A stretch of DNA of 64,000 nucleotides from Nostoc sp. (GCA_036918135.1 JBALDB010000051.1:32001-96000); one strand, 5' to 3'. Shown: positions 18,891 through 31,774, counted from the first letter of the stretch. Numbers and translations are program-made. The notes: generated by a model not told the origin, from the sequence alone.

Positions 18891-20879
18891 CTATTTACTA
18901 GCTTGTTCCGTCAGTTTGGTAAGTACTTCATTGGATCGCTCAACAAAAGATTTCATTCCATCAGCGTCAAAGCCTTTTTGAGACATTAAGGCTAAATCGT
19001 AGACGTGCTGGCAAATCAATTTTACCAATTGATCTGTAGGCGATTGACCATCTCCTTGAATAATACTACCTTGGCTAAGATGTGCCAGATTTTGAATCAG
19101 TGGGTGAGCTGTATTCACTAGCAAAATGTGGTCTTCAGGAAATTCTGCTGTCTGCTGCTGCATCATAGCGTTCATTTCTCGCAAGCGGCGGAGAATCTCT
19201 GGTAATAGCACCATCGCCGGCGGTGTTCCTTGGGGATCGTCTGATTTCAAGGCTTCAGTGCGGATGTTGAGTTTGGGTTTATTGAGGGATTTCTCAAATA
19301 ATTCTTTGACGGTCTCACTGCGAGTTTTGTTAGTTTTGGGATCGACAATTTCCGTAGCTTTGTCTTGTTCTAAGAGAGTATTATCTAAGTCGGAGTCTAC
19401 GCGCGTAAACTTGACATCATTATATTCTCGCTCTAGGAAGTTGATGAAATGGGTGTCAATGAAGGAGTCCATAAACAGGACTTCCAAGCCTTGATTTTTG
19501 TGTAGTTCTATGTATGTAGATTGGGTTGCTTCATCAGTGCTATAGAAAACCCGGTTTTCGTGGCGTTCTTTGTTGCGTTCTAAGTATTCTTTGAGCGTGG
19601 TGTAAGGACTAGTGGGTGCTGAGTTTTCACTATTAGCTGTTGGAGTAACATCTTGCCAAGCATCTCCTTCAGCAGATTGTACTTCAACTGCTGGAGTTTG
19701 GGCAGGGGGTTTTTCTGTCAGCTTGGCAGTGGTGCGAAAGATGATGATGTCTTCGATTTGTTTTTTGAATTTATCGTCGTTGAGAACGCCAAACTTGACG
19801 AAAGTACCGAGGTCTTTCCAAACACTAGTATATTGTTCGCGGTTGTCGCGGAAAAGCTCTTTGAGGCGATCGCCGACTTTTTTGGCAATGTAATCACCTA
19901 TTCGCTTCACAGTGCGATCGCCTTGCAATGCACTCCGAGAGACGTTCAAGGGAATATCAGTGCTATCAATCACACCCCGCATCGGCATCAAAAATTGCGG
20001 AATAATTTCTTCGCAGTTGTCGCTAACAAAAACTTGGTTGCTAAATAGCTTAATCTGCCCTTTAGTAACATCTACATCCGGCCTCATTTTGGGAAAATAC
20101 AAAATCCCGTTGATGATAAACGGATAGTCAGTATTCAGATGTACCCACAACAGCGGTTCTTCTTGAAAAGGATACAGATAGCGGTAAAACTCTAAATAAT
20201 CTTCTTGAGTTAGGTTATTCGGAGATTCTCGCCACGGTGCTTTTTGCTTATTTAATACTTCCCCATCCAGCATAATTGGTACTGGCATGAAGTCGCAGTA
20301 GGTCTTGACAAGATTTTTAATTCTTGCTGATTCGAGAAATTCTTCCTCTTCTCCTTGCAAGGTGAGAGTAATAGTGGTGCCGCGAGTTGTTCGGGATGAC
20401 TCTTCTAAAGTGAATGCAGGAGAACCATCGCAAGTCCAGTGAACCGCCTGCGCTCCTTCCTGGTATGAAAGAGTATCAATTTCTACCTTTTGCGCCACCA
20501 TGAAGGAGGAGTAGAAGCCGAGACCGAAGTGACCGATAATCGGTTGATCTGATTTGCCTTGATACTTATGAATAAATTCTTCAGCACTAGAAAAGGCAAC
20601 TTGATTAATATATTTCTTGACTTCTTCGGAGGTCATTCCGATACCGTTATCGGAGATAGAGAGTGTCTTGTTATCTTTGTCAATCGCAATTACGATTTCT
20701 GGTTCGCCTAAGTCTCCAGTGTAATCTCCAGCGCGGGATACCATTTTCAGCTTTTGAATGGCGTCTACAGCGTTGGATACCAGTTCCCGCAAGAAGATTT
20801 GGTGATCTGAGTAGAGCGACTTCTTAATGATCGGGAAAATATTCTCAGTATGAATACTGATAGTGCCTTGTTCTAACAT
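18891..20879 (-). CDS. htpG: Molecular chaperone HtpG (Hsp90)
   Basis: IFLRELVSNAVDA, DNGIGMT, IGHFGLGFYS, IPLNVSRS. Confidence 0.97.
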   Translation of the reverse strand: MLEQGTISIHTENIFPIIKKSLYSDHQIFLRELVSNAVDAIQKLKMVSRAGDYTGDLGEPEIVIAIDKDNKTLSISDNGIGMTSEEVKKYINQVAFSSAEEFIHKYQGKSDQPIIGHFGLGFYSSFMVAQKVEIDTLSYQEGAQAVHWTCDGSPAFTLEESSRTTRGTTITLTLQGEEEEFLESARIKNLVKTYCDFMPVPIMLDGEVLNKQKAPWRESPNNLTQEDYLEFYRYLYPFQEEPLLWVHLNTDYPFIINGILYFPKMRPDVDVTKGQIKLFSNQVFVSDNCEEIIPQFLMPMRGVIDSTDIPLNVSRSALQGDRTVKRIGDYIAKKVGDRLKELFRDNREQYTSVWKDLGTFVKFGVLNDDKFKKQIEDIIIFRTTAKLTEKPPAQTPAVEVQSAEGDAWQDVTPTANSENSAPTSPYTTLKEYLERNKERHENRVFYSTDEATQSTYIELHKNQGLEVLFMDSFIDTHFINFLEREYNDVKFTRVDSDLDNTLLEQDKATEIVDPKTNKTRSETVKELFEKSLNKPKLNIRTEALKSDDPQGTPPAMVLLPEILRRLREMNAMMQQQTAEFPEDHILLVNTAHPLIQNLAHLSQGSIIQGDGQSPTDQLVKLICQHVYDLALMSQKGFDADGMKSFVERSNEVLTKLTEQASK

Positions 20880-21098
20880 AATTAGTAATCTTTGATGTTA
20901 GTATCTGAAATGATGATATTGCCCTCTGCTTCCAAGGATAAACCCGGAGAACACATGAGAGCATGATACCAATTAGGATTTTAAAAGCATAACTTAAGCG
21001 ATCGCTGCTTTTTTGAGCATTGTTTGCCCCCATTTTCTGATTCGGATTTCCCTACTTCCCACTCTCAATACATTTATTACCTTAGTTAGGACTGCTAT

Positions 21099-21740
21099 TT
21101 AAGTATTGTAAGAATTTTTTTCTAATACTAAAAAATAATGATATGGATAGGTAGGATCGATATATTCTTGCTTAATAGTTAACTCAGCTTTAGCAACGGA
21201 GTTTAAAATCCGTTTTTTGGGATATCCTTTCAAACCCATTTCCCAGTAATGCTCGTTACATACTGGCGTTGTACTCCAAAATTTTGGTACATTCAGTAAT
21301 AAATGCCTTGGTCTACCTGAGAAGGAAGTTTTAATTTGAAACGCCAAATATTGAGTGCAATAGGGAATTGAAATCACCAAAAATTTGTTTGTTGCTTGTG
21401 CAAGTTTTTTCAAGGCTTGTTCTGACTGTTCATAAGGGAAATGTTCCAGCACTTGAAACAAAACAATCGCATCAAATTTATCTTTTGGCAAATAAAAATC
21501 TGTGGTCAGATCCAAAATCATGTCTGGCTTGAGGTTGGGGTCAACATCGGCAGTAGTGACGTTATATCCATTGTTTTTCAAGAGGTCTGTTAATAACGAA
21601 TTAAAAATTCCAATTTCTAAAACATTTTTTACCTGATTACCCAGCGAAAAAATTAGACGTAACTGGTGGTGGTAACTGATAAGCCGATTTTTGGATAAAT
21701 ATTCTGAATTCCTAATATCTAACGAGGTGATGAGTTGCAT
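21099..21740 (-). CDS. Class I SAM-dependent methyltransferase
   Basis: VLEIG motif I, FDAIVLFQVLEHFP, LVISIP. Confidence 0.8.
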   Translation of the reverse strand: MQLITSLDIRNSEYLSKNRLISYHHQLRLIFSLGNQVKNVLEIGIFNSLLTDLLKNNGYNVTTADVDPNLKPDMILDLTTDFYLPKDKFDAIVLFQVLEHFPYEQSEQALKKLAQATNKFLVISIPYCTQYLAFQIKTSFSGRPRHLLLNVPKFWSTTPVCNEHYWEMGLKGYPKKRILNSVAKAELTIKQEYIDPTYPYHYFLVLEKNSYNT

Positions 21741-22227
21741 AATAATGCCTACCTAATCTGATGGTGTGATAGCAGTGGGTATACAACTACAGGGTTCCCA
21801 GAAAAATACTGAAAATAACAGCACCATAATTTTGAGCGTATTTAAATAGTTCCGCAGACAGAGGAAGCTTCTTAAACAATTACTTAGAATTCCAACATAT
21901 ACTAGTAACGTATTTGTCACTAAAATTAAGGTATATAGAGATTATTTTTTGGATACCATAGGCAATAGGGTAACATAGCTAGCTATACTACCCTACGAGA
22001 ATAAGCCAATTTGCTTGGATAACTTTCACACATCTGATAACAATTTTTAGATTGTTAAGAAAGATGTAACTAATGGATAGCTCTTATAGGTCAAAGGTTT
22101 CGAGAGCGAAAAGTTTGAGCGGAGATTTCCTCGTATCAAAGCTTTTGAAAACAGAGGTTTTTCAGATTCTCTAAAAAGTTCATTTTAGCTATCAATTAAT
22201 ATCTACGGTTGTACGAGTATAAGAAAA

Positions 22228-23097
22228 ATGAGGTTTACAGACTGGGCGACTAGAGTAATGCTGATCTCGTTGATATTCGCTGCTTTAATTATAGTGCTGC
22301 TTATTGGACGAGGAAGACAAGTACAAAATAATACAACTAGACTTATTAATACATCAAAACCAGAGGTTACAGTTTGGAGTCAATATCCGCAGGCGCAATT
22401 TCAATCAGCCAAAGAACTAAAGCAGAAATCTCAAAATCTTAAGTCTCCAGTCAAAATGAATCAACCTGTAGGAAGGTATGTAACCACTCAAGCTTTTGCA
22501 TACTACAGACCTCATTATCAAATTGTCTCAGTTGACCCTACTAATTATGGAGAACGTTACACCACAGATGTGAATGGCAAACTTGTCGATAACCAACCAA
22601 TTATCGTCCTTCATGAAACTGGTTATTCAGCCTCCAGCGCGATTAATTTTTTTCAAGAAGCTCATGCTGATGAAAACGTGCAAGCAAGTTACCACGCTTT
22701 AATCAAGCTAGACGGGACGGTGATTTATCTAGTACCACCAGAAAAGCGAGCCTTTGGTGCAGCTAACTCAGTATTTGAGGGTTCCCAGGGTTTAGAAACT
22801 GTGCAGACTAATCCAAATTTGCCGGCGTCTGTGAATAATTTTGCTTATCACGTTTCTTTAGAAACACCGCCAGATAGTTATGACAGTAATAGCCAAGAAA
22901 CCCATAGCGGCTACACGGAAGCTCAATATAATTCTCTTGCTTGGTTAATTGCTCAAAGTCAAGTTCCAGACGATCGCGTCACTACCCACAAACTAGTAGA
23001 TCGTTCTGGTAAAAAAGTCGATCCAATTAATTTTGATGGTAACAAGTTTCTAGATTTACTTAATATTTACCGTCAGGTCAGACCAATTTATAGATGA
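22228..23097 (+). CDS. N-acetylmuramoyl-L-alanine amidase (Amidase_2), membrane anchored
   Basis: IIVLHET, ASYH, RAFGA, TTHK.VD...K.DP; N-terminal TM segment. Confidence 0.88.
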   Translation: MRFTDWATRVMLISLIFAALIIVLLIGRGRQVQNNTTRLINTSKPEVTVWSQYPQAQFQSAKELKQKSQNLKSPVKMNQPVGRYVTTQAFAYYRPHYQIVSVDPTNYGERYTTDVNGKLVDNQPIIVLHETGYSASSAINFFQEAHADENVQASYHALIKLDGTVIYLVPPEKRAFGAANSVFEGSQGLETVQTNPNLPASVNNFAYHVSLETPPDSYDSNSQETHSGYTEAQYNSLAWLIAQSQVPDDRVTTHKLVDRSGKKVDPINFDGNKFLDLLNIYRQVRPIYR

Positions 23098-23120
23098 AAT
23101 AAATCAACAAATCATTTAAA

Positions 23121-24386
23121 TTATTTTTGGTCTTTGAGTTGTTGTACTAAAATATGTACTTTAGTTGAGGGATTAGTACAGCTATCTTCATTGAGGTGAT
23201 CTAGTTCTAATTTCATAGCATTAGTAAGTGCGTTCTCTAAATATGGTTTAAGTTTTTTATATAGTGTCACATCACTTTTGTCATAAGTTTCCCTTGTTTT
23301 GAAGATGCCTGCTTTTCTCATTTCTGTCTCTAGCCTTGGACATAATTCCTTGTAGTGGGATGAAGGAGCAGTTGTATAGACATAATGAAGTAAAAACCAA
23401 AATTCAAAACAGGGAATGGATGTTACTGTTACAATATTATTTTCCTTAGCTTTCAAAAGCGCTTGCTTAAATTTTTCAATCTTATTATCGTTATCAAAGT
23501 TATTCATTTTATGAAGAGTTATTATATCTAATTGTTGAAGATTATTAATAAAGTCTTTCTCTAGCTGTTCAGTTTCTTGTTTAATAAATTGATTAAAGAA
23601 AGAAGATAGTCTGTCAGGTATAGGTTTCTGTTCTATTTTGATTCCAGAAATACCGAGATCCGCTTCACTCAGCAATTTAGCAATTCTTGGTTGAAAAGTA
23701 TCACCCTTATCAAATAAGCTAAGAGTAAATTCCATCGTATCAGAATTTGAAGTAAGAATATTTATTTCATCCTGAAACCATTCAAATATTTCTGTTAACT
23801 GAGGATGATTATTTTGTGCTGCATGAGATAAAAATAAAGAGTTAGAACGCACAAATTTTTTAATACGTAACTTTTCTCCCTTTAGTCCTTTGCCAAAAGA
23901 CCATTTATATCCTTCATCTGTTTGATATTTTGGATTATCTGGCAGATATTGGCGAGAAAACCAATTTTGTGAATGTTCATTTGGGTAAGCAATTAACCAC
24001 TCTTCATATATCCGTTCTCTATTTAGAGATACTCCATACTCATAACGAGTACTTTGATGAATAAAAATTACTTCAAAACTAGTAGGATTTTTTGCTGATT
24101 CGTTATTTAGTCTAAATGGTTCAATAGGTAACTTTTCACCAACTTGCATTTTAGTAGCCGAGTTCATCACTAGTCTTCTTAGGGTTTGTATAGCTCGCAC
24201 CAAATTGCTTTTACCTGAAGCATTAGATCCATAAATTACAGCGCTACTAAGTAAGCGTAGCCTATCAGTATTCGGCATCATAAAACTATTAGTGTCTAGC
24301 ATCTTTTCATCTTCAGATGCCATCATACTAAATGTTTGTCTTTCCTGTATCGAACGATAATTTTCTACACTGAATTCAATAAGCAT
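23121..24386 (-). pseudogene. In-frame fusion of an AAA_21 ATPase (RloA-like) N-terminal part and an RloB-like C-terminal part
   Basis: Walker A GSNASGKSN present; no ABC signature, Walker B or H-loop; C-terminus FDND...SIPCFEFWFLLHY...NPSTKVHILV typical of RloB. Confidence 0.75.
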
Positions 24387-24505
24387 AACTGTAATCTTAA
24401 TTAGTTATGTTCCCATCAACGATAATTTGTTGAAAATAGTAAAATTTATAGGTAGTATTCTTAGGCTGAATTAATAAATTTAAGCATACAAGCATAATAA
24501 ACAAA

Positions 24506-24531
24506 TAGCTCTAGCTAAAAAGCTAGAGCTA
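24506..24531 (-). terminator. Intrinsic terminator downstream of ribBA
   Basis: Perfect TAGCTCTAGCT-AAAA-AGCTAGAGCTA hairpin; T-rich tail on the minus strand. Confidence 0.7.
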
Positions 24532-24575
24532 GATGATAATTCAGATAAATGCTGCGAATATGAGGACATATGTCC

Positions 24576-26288
24576 CTATTTGCTAAAGCTATAAATTTGC
24601 TGTGTCTCCAAGCGATCGCTAATCGCTGAAGGCAGTGTACCATCCGAGAACATCTGCCGATCTAGTTGGACTTGTAAATTACTCAAAGGATCGCAACCAG
24701 AAGAAATCAGAAATTCTAGATTTTGGATGTATGGTAAAGTTGCTAGTTCATCCAAAATTTGGAAGATTGCTTGTAAGTAAGGATGACCGCTTTGGCGATA
24801 CCAGTCAGAACTAGCAACTTTTGGTTGATCGAAACCCAAGTGTACTGTTAAAGATGGCTCGTTAAATAGAGCGATCGCTAACGGACGCGCCTCTTCCTGC
24901 AATAATATATCGTGATTTCTCGCTAAATGTCGCAGTTTCTCTAAGCGTTCATAACGTTTTGTCACTAACTGGGGATCGTCTTGCCAGTGAATTGCCACTG
25001 TGACCAGATAAGTCTGTAAGAGCATGTGACCCAGCTTTTTAGCCTTTGTTGCCAGGTAATAAGAATTGTAGTCATTGGCCTCAATTAATAATGGCACGCG
25101 ATCGACTACTTCTAACCCATAACCCTTGACTCCAGCAATTTTACGGGGATTATTGGTAATCAAGCGAATTTTTTTGACACCCAAATCCATCAGCATTTGT
25201 GCCCCCATGCCGTAATCTCGCAAGTCAGCAGGAAATCCTAAACGCTCGTTGGCCTCTACTGTATCCAGTCCCATATCTTGTAACGAGTAGGCTTTAAGCT
25301 TATTAATCAAGCCGATTCCCCGTCCTTCTTGCCGCAGGTATACAACTACACCTTGACCAGCATTTTCAATCATTTTCAGTGCTGCTACTAGCTGCATTCG
25401 ACAGTCGCAGCGCAAAGAACCCAAAGCATCACCAGTTAAGCATTCTGAGTGCATCCGCACCATCACTGGCTCGTCTTTGAAGTTAGCCGGATCGCCCTTG
25501 ACAATTGCGACGTGTTCTGTATTATCTAAAGTGTGGCGGTAGGCATAAATTTCAAACTGACCGAACTGACTAGGCAGCTTAGTAATCACCTCACGATACA
25601 CTAGGCGATCGTGCTTGAGGCGATAACTGATTAAATCTGCAATACTAATAATTTTTAAATTGTGATGCTCGGCATATTCAACTAACTGCTGCAATCGTGC
25701 CATTGAACCATTAGGGTTTTGAATTTCACAAATTACCCCAGCTGGGTATAACCCTGCTAACCGAGCTAAGTCCACAGCTGCTTCTGTATGTCCTGCACGT
25801 TTGAGTACGCCTCCAGCCTTAGCCCGAATTGGAAAAATATGTCCAGGACGACGTAAATCTGTAGGTTTCGTGGCTGGATTGAGAGTAACCTGGATAGTGC
25901 GAGCGCGGTCTTCGGCTGAAATGCCTGTAGTCACGCCCAAATCTGAACCAGCATCAATACTGACAGTGAAAGCAGTTTGATTAGTATCTGTAATATTGCT
26001 TACCATCAAGGGTAAGTCTAATTCGTCTAAGCGATCGCCCATCATTGCCAAACAAATTAATCCTCTGGCTTCCACTGCCATAAAATTAATCATGTCAGGT
26101 GTGGCAAATTGAGCAGCACAAATTAAATCGCCTTCATTTTCTCTATTTTCATCATCTACCACAACAATCACACGACCAGCTTTTAGGTCTGCCAAGGCGG
26201 CATCAATCGGATCGAATTGAAATACTTGGGTAGTCTTAGGCTGTGACACAGAAAGATTTCCAGCTACCAACGTAAATTTTTTTAACAA
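24576..26288 (-). CDS. ribBA: Bifunctional DHBP synthase / GTP cyclohydrolase II
   Basis: [46 protein letters not shown]; true start may be GTG at 26249. Confidence 0.96.
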   Translation of the reverse strand: MLKKFTLVAGNLSVSQPKTTQVFQFDPIDAALADLKAGRVIVVVDDENRENEGDLICAAQFATPDMINFMAVEARGLICLAMMGDRLDELDLPLMVSNITDTNQTAFTVSIDAGSDLGVTTGISAEDRARTIQVTLNPATKPTDLRRPGHIFPIRAKAGGVLKRAGHTEAAVDLARLAGLYPAGVICEIQNPNGSMARLQQLVEYAEHHNLKIISIADLISYRLKHDRLVYREVITKLPSQFGQFEIYAYRHTLDNTEHVAIVKGDPANFKDEPVMVRMHSECLTGDALGSLRCDCRMQLVAALKMIENAGQGVVVYLRQEGRGIGLINKLKAYSLQDMGLDTVEANERLGFPADLRDYGMGAQMLMDLGVKKIRLITNNPRKIAGVKGYGLEVVDRVPLLIEANDYNSYYLATKAKKLGHMLLQTYLVTVAIHWQDDPQLVTKRYERLEKLRHLARNHDILLQEEARPLAIALFNEPSLTVHLGFDQPKVASSDWYRQSGHPYLQAIFQILDELATLPYIQNLEFLISSGCDPLSNLQVQLDRQMFSDGTLPSAISDRLETQQIYSFSK

Positions 26289-26569
26289 TTTCTTCTTTTA
26301 GATTGTAGCTCCTTTATAAGGCAGAGAAGTAGACTAGCAATGATTTGATAACATGGCAAAAATTTCTGCCACTATAGGGGAGATGTAGTTCGATTTGGCG
26401 GTAGTTGAGTTTCGACTTCGCTCAACTACCCCGTAATTAAAACTCACCAAGCGGGGGATAAAGAAGTATTTTCTTGCTTATCTCTCCCTCTGTTTCATCT
26501 GCGGCTGGTGGCTGATATTGTTGATAGCTGAGAACGAATTAACTATTCATGGGATAAGGATTTGGGATC

Positions 26570-27628
26570 ATGGGCAAATTTAGACGCGTACCCGTTGGGA
26601 TTGTTGGCGCGTCGGGCTATGGCGGAGTACAGTTAGTACGGCTACTGATGGATCATCCAGAAGTCGAACTGGTTTATTTAGGTGGTGAGAACAGTATCGG
26701 AAAATCCTTAGGGGATCTTTACCCACACTTGGCTCACGCAGCTAATCTGCCAATAGAGGCGGTAGAACCAGAAATAATTGCCCACCGCTGTGAAGTAGTT
26801 TTCCTGTGTTTACCAGATGGTCTGGCTTGGCAAATTACGCCCATGCTATTGGAAAAAGGATGTAAAGTACTGGATTTAAGTGCAGATTATCGATTCAGTG
26901 ATTTGGCAACTTATACAAATTGGTATGGCATAGAAAGAAGCGATCGCACAACAGCTGCAATTGCAGTTTATGGATTACCAGAACTTTATCGCGATCGCAT
27001 TGCCGAAGCTCAACTTATTGGCTGTCCTGGTTGTTATCCCACTGCGAGTCTGCTTGCAGTTTCACCACTGTTAAAGCAAGGCTTAATTATTCCAGAAACA
27101 ACTATCATCGATGCCAAGTCTGGCACATCTGGCTGCGGACTACAAGCCAAAAATAACTTATCACTAGCTGAAGCAGACAACTCCATCGCAGCTTACAACG
27201 TTGGCCGTCACCGTGATACACCAGAAATTGAACAAATTTGCAGTGATTTAGCTGGTCACGAACTGACGATCCAATTTACACCACACCTCATCCCAATGGT
27301 ACGCGGTATTTTGGCAACTGTATATGCCACAATGCGCGATCCCGGTCTCGTGCGAGATGATTTAATTACAATTTTTTCCGCTTTCTACCGCAACTCTCCT
27401 TGGCTAAAAGTCTGCGGTAGCGGCGTTTACCCCCAAACCAAATGGGCTAATGGCAGCAATCTTTGTTACATCGGTGTAGAAGTTGACCCGCGCACAGGTC
27501 GCGTGATTGTCATGTCAGCCATTGACAATCTGATTAAAGGGCAAGCGGGTCAAGCAATTCAATGTTTAAACCTGATGATGGGCTGGGATGAAACCTTAGG
27601 GTTGCCTAAGTTGGGGTTTTATCCGTAA
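26570..27628 (+). CDS. argC: N-acetyl-gamma-glutamyl-phosphate reductase
   Basis: [31 protein letters not shown]; unusual substitutions at conserved sites (see findings). Confidence 0.93.
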   Translation: MGKFRRVPVGIVGASGYGGVQLVRLLMDHPEVELVYLGGENSIGKSLGDLYPHLAHAANLPIEAVEPEIIAHRCEVVFLCLPDGLAWQITPMLLEKGCKVLDLSADYRFSDLATYTNWYGIERSDRTTAAIAVYGLPELYRDRIAEAQLIGCPGCYPTASLLAVSPLLKQGLIIPETTIIDAKSGTSGCGLQAKNNLSLAEADNSIAAYNVGRHRDTPEIEQICSDLAGHELTIQFTPHLIPMVRGILATVYATMRDPGLVRDDLITIFSAFYRNSPWLKVCGSGVYPQTKWANGSNLCYIGVEVDPRTGRVIVMSAIDNLIKGQAGQAIQCLNLMMGWDETLGLPKLGFYP

Positions 27629-27637
27629 ATGGGCATG

Positions 27638-27746
27638 GGGCAAACAGGGAGTGTGGGAGGTGTGGGAGGTGTGGGAGGATGGAGAAGAAATCTTGCCCCC
27701 CTGTCTCCCTACACTCCCCACACTCCCCCATCCCCCCTCTCTCCCC
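27638..27746. repeat. G-rich/C-rich composite repeat, copy B, between convergent argC and eno
   Basis: (GTGTGGGAG)3-GATGGAGAAGAAATCTTGCCCCCC-C-rich run; inverse of 18724-18881. Confidence 0.85.
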
Positions 27747-27751
27747 AATCC

Positions 27752-29059
<1,308 letters not shown>

Positions 29060-29301
29060 TCAAGTGTCTTAGCATATAGTGCATTGGCCTAGCCCGATCG
29101 TAAGCATAGGCGTTTAAAGACCTTTGTCCGCTGAGATTAAAGAATATTTCCAGAGATTTTGTCAATGAATTTTTAATTGTATATTTTCGAGTCAACTTAC
29201 TTTCACATCCCGATTTTCACAGTCAATTTTCAAAAAATCAGTAAATTTTAACACTAGTAATTCAGTAGAAAAATCGCTTTCTGCGTATTAAATATATAAA
29301 A

Positions 29302-29418
29302 ATAAGACTTTTATTTGATTGCCTCAAAGAACTCGCCCTCAAACCGACTCGGCTGATTTTCCATTCTCTACTCTGTGTTGAGAACAAATAAGTTCAAAAA
29401 TCAAAGCGGATTGCTATA
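29302..29418. mobile_element. TA-flanked MITE, family A copy 1
   Basis: ATAAGACTTTTATTTGATT...AATCAAAGCGGATTGCTATA; ends shared with copies at 39654 and 49209. Confidence 0.6.
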
Positions 29419-29494
29419 GTTACAATTACTTGTACTATGTACAAATAGTATTCCATGTCAAAATTCAAATGAATTGAATATACTTGTAAATCTG

Positions 29495-30886
29495 ATGATA
29501 GGCAAAATCCTGGATGGACGCTACGAAGTTATCAGCAAACTGGGAGAAGGTGGTTTTGGTGCTACTTACCTAGCTATTGATAGGAAATTGCCTGATAAAG
29601 ACCAGTGTGTTGTTAAGCACTTCTCGCCTAAAGCAACAGATACAAATACTTTGTCCCATGCGCGACGGTTATTTGAAAATGAAGCTAAAGTACTTAACCG
29701 CTTAGGGAATCACGACCGGATTCCACGTTTATTGGCGCATTTTGAAGAAGACCAAAACTTTTATTTAGTTCAGGAGTTTATTCCTGGGTATGATTTGAGT
29801 CGTGAAATCAATCGTCACAAACAGTGGAATCAAGAAAAGGTAATTGTCCTGTTGGAGGATATCTTAAAGGCATTAGAGTTTTTGCATCAGCATCATGTCA
29901 TCCACAGAGATATTAAGCCATCGAATTTAATGCGCCGCCAACAGGATGAAAAGATTGTTCTGATTGATTTTGGAGCAGTCAAACAAATCAGTTCCCAAGC
30001 AGTGAATACTCAGGGACAAATGACAGCAACAGTTGTAGTTGGCACACCTGGTTATATACCCAGCGAACAAAGTCAAGGTCAGCCCAGGTTATGCAGTGAT
30101 ATTTATGCAGTTGGAATCATTGCGATCGAAGCCCTGACTAATTTAAATCCTATGCAATTACCAAGAGATAATCTTACAGGTGAAATTATCTGGCGTCAGC
30201 AAGCACAGGTTAGCCAACAGTTCGCAGAAATTATTGAGAAAATGGTCAAGTATGACTTTCGACAAAGATATCAATCAGCAACAGAAGTATTGCAAGCACT
30301 ACAACAATTAAAAGTAGGTAATCATCCTCAAAAATCAACTTGGCGGAAGGCTATTATTGGTTTAGGAATGGCTACCGCAGCCACTATCATTGCTTTTTTT
30401 ATCTTCATACCTCGTAATCAAAGTTTGTTAGATTATAATAATATTCCTTATGGCATCAATATCAAATATCCATCAAATTGGCAAAAAACTGGAACTCCAG
30501 ACCACATTACAGGTAATGTAGTTAAATTTATATCACCAAAAGAAACTAATACAGATACATATTTAGAAAATGTCAATTTGATTGTTGAAGAATTACCAGA
30601 AAACCATAAAGAGTTAGAGCAATTTACTCAGTTTTTTCTAGATGAAATTCAACAGTCAGATCCAAATACCAAAATTATTGAAAAGCGTAAAACTCAACTA
30701 GCCAACCAACCCGCATATCAAGTTAGTTACACTTTTGAAGAAGAGGGAATTAATATTAAACGCTTGCAAGTTTGGACAATCAAAAATAATAAAGCTTATA
30801 TCATGACTTATACAGATGATGTTGCTAAATATTCTGAGCATCTTGCCACAGCACAAACAATAATTAATTCTTTAGAAATTAAGTAA
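29495..30886 (+). CDS. Ser/Thr protein kinase with TM segment and PsbP-like C-terminal domain
   Basis: GEGGFG, HRDIKPSN, DFG, GTPGY; TM; IKYPSNW...AYIMTY PsbP-like domain; ATG at 29495 preferred to TTG at 29474. Confidence 0.9.
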   Translation: MIGKILDGRYEVISKLGEGGFGATYLAIDRKLPDKDQCVVKHFSPKATDTNTLSHARRLFENEAKVLNRLGNHDRIPRLLAHFEEDQNFYLVQEFIPGYDLSREINRHKQWNQEKVIVLLEDILKALEFLHQHHVIHRDIKPSNLMRRQQDEKIVLIDFGAVKQISSQAVNTQGQMTATVVVGTPGYIPSEQSQGQPRLCSDIYAVGIIAIEALTNLNPMQLPRDNLTGEIIWRQQAQVSQQFAEIIEKMVKYDFRQRYQSATEVLQALQQLKVGNHPQKSTWRKAIIGLGMATAATIIAFFIFIPRNQSLLDYNNIPYGINIKYPSNWQKTGTPDHITGNVVKFISPKETNTDTYLENVNLIVEELPENHKELEQFTQFFLDEIQQSDPNTKIIEKRKTQLANQPAYQVSYTFEEEGINIKRLQVWTIKNNKAYIMTYTDDVAKYSEHLATAQTIINSLEIK

Positions 30887-30912
30887 GAGGCTTTTTATAA
30901 AGTAAATATTAA

Positions 30913-31108
30913 GTAGGGTGCGTTAGGTTAAAACCATAACGCTCCACGTTCTTGACGGTGTGTTAAGCGCTTTAATCATGTTTTTCGTGAAAAATCAACT
31001 CGAAATATGCGCTTAACATACCTTACAGAAATTTTATTTTTATTTTATAAATAAGCTCTAACCATTGAGATTAATGGTGCGTCCCACTGCGCCTATAACG
31101 CACTCGAC
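30913..31108. repeat. REP-like palindromes (GTAG-foot hairpins)
   Basis: GTAGGGTGCGTTA...TAACGCTCC; GGTGTGTTAAGCGC...GCGCTTAACATACCTTAC; GGTGCGT...TAACGCACTCGAC. Confidence 0.6.
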
Positions 31109-31255
31109 AAACTTAATTGACCAACAACAAATTGACATTTATACATAAATAAATATTTACATGAATTTATGATGTAGTAATGTAATATCTTTGTCATTTT
31201 GTGGTAAATACATAGTATCTATGTATTCGTGAGAATTGAGTGAGAACTACCAACG

Positions 31256-31774
31256 ATGAAACCCCAGTTATTTTTGCAAGTACTAACGGCAGGTACAATT
31301 GTTCTGAGTAGTATTGCTAGCATCAATCCACCTAGTTTGGCTCAAGCTCAAACTTACTTTTGTGAAAAAAGTAATGATGGCGTATGGACTACATATGCTA
31401 AAAACTACAACAATAAGAAGATTCCGATTATTCGCTGGGTTAAGACTTTAGGGGAATATACTCCAAAAGTGCGCTGTCAAAACGTATCTTCTAGATTTCA
31501 AAAAGCTTATGAAAAAGGGGTTTTGAATTACCTCACATCTGGTATTTCTAATAATCAAGCTGTAATTTGTGCGGCTAGCCAATATGGTGGCCCTTGTAGT
31601 CAATTACTGTTTACGCTCAAATCTTATCAAGACGCGAGTTCAGTACTTCAAAAGCTTGTAGAAGTAGGTTACCGCGCTCGCGGGCCGATTCTTCAGTCTG
31701 AAGATGCTTCTTCTCAAGTATACATTGATATGAGTATGTTACTGAATGAAAAGGCAGCACAGGGACAAAATTAA
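31256..31774 (+). CDS. COP23 domain secreted protein
   Basis: Signal peptide; FC...IIRW...YTP..RC..VS.RFQ...LNYLT.G..N.Q.VIC...C...LFTL. Confidence 0.88.
   Translation: MKPQLFLQVLTAGTIVLSSIASINPPSLAQAQTYFCEKSNDGVWTTYAKNYNNKKIPIIRWVKTLGEYTPKVRCQNVSSRFQKAYEKGVLNYLTSGISNNQAVICAASQYGGPCSQLLFTLKSYQDASSVLQKLVEVGYRARGPILQSEDASSQVYIDMSMLLNEKAAQGQN

Noticed and set aside
18685..18989. Pro/Gly/Trp-rich small ORFs (also 27651-27878 and 2044-2268)
   Set aside because: Translations of repeat DNA, with no evidence of real coding
26399..26430. Palindrome GGTAGTTGAG...CTCAACTACC as an FMN riboswitch upstream of ribBA
   Set aside because: Lacks FMN riboswitch conserved sequences; more likely a dispersed hairpin repeat
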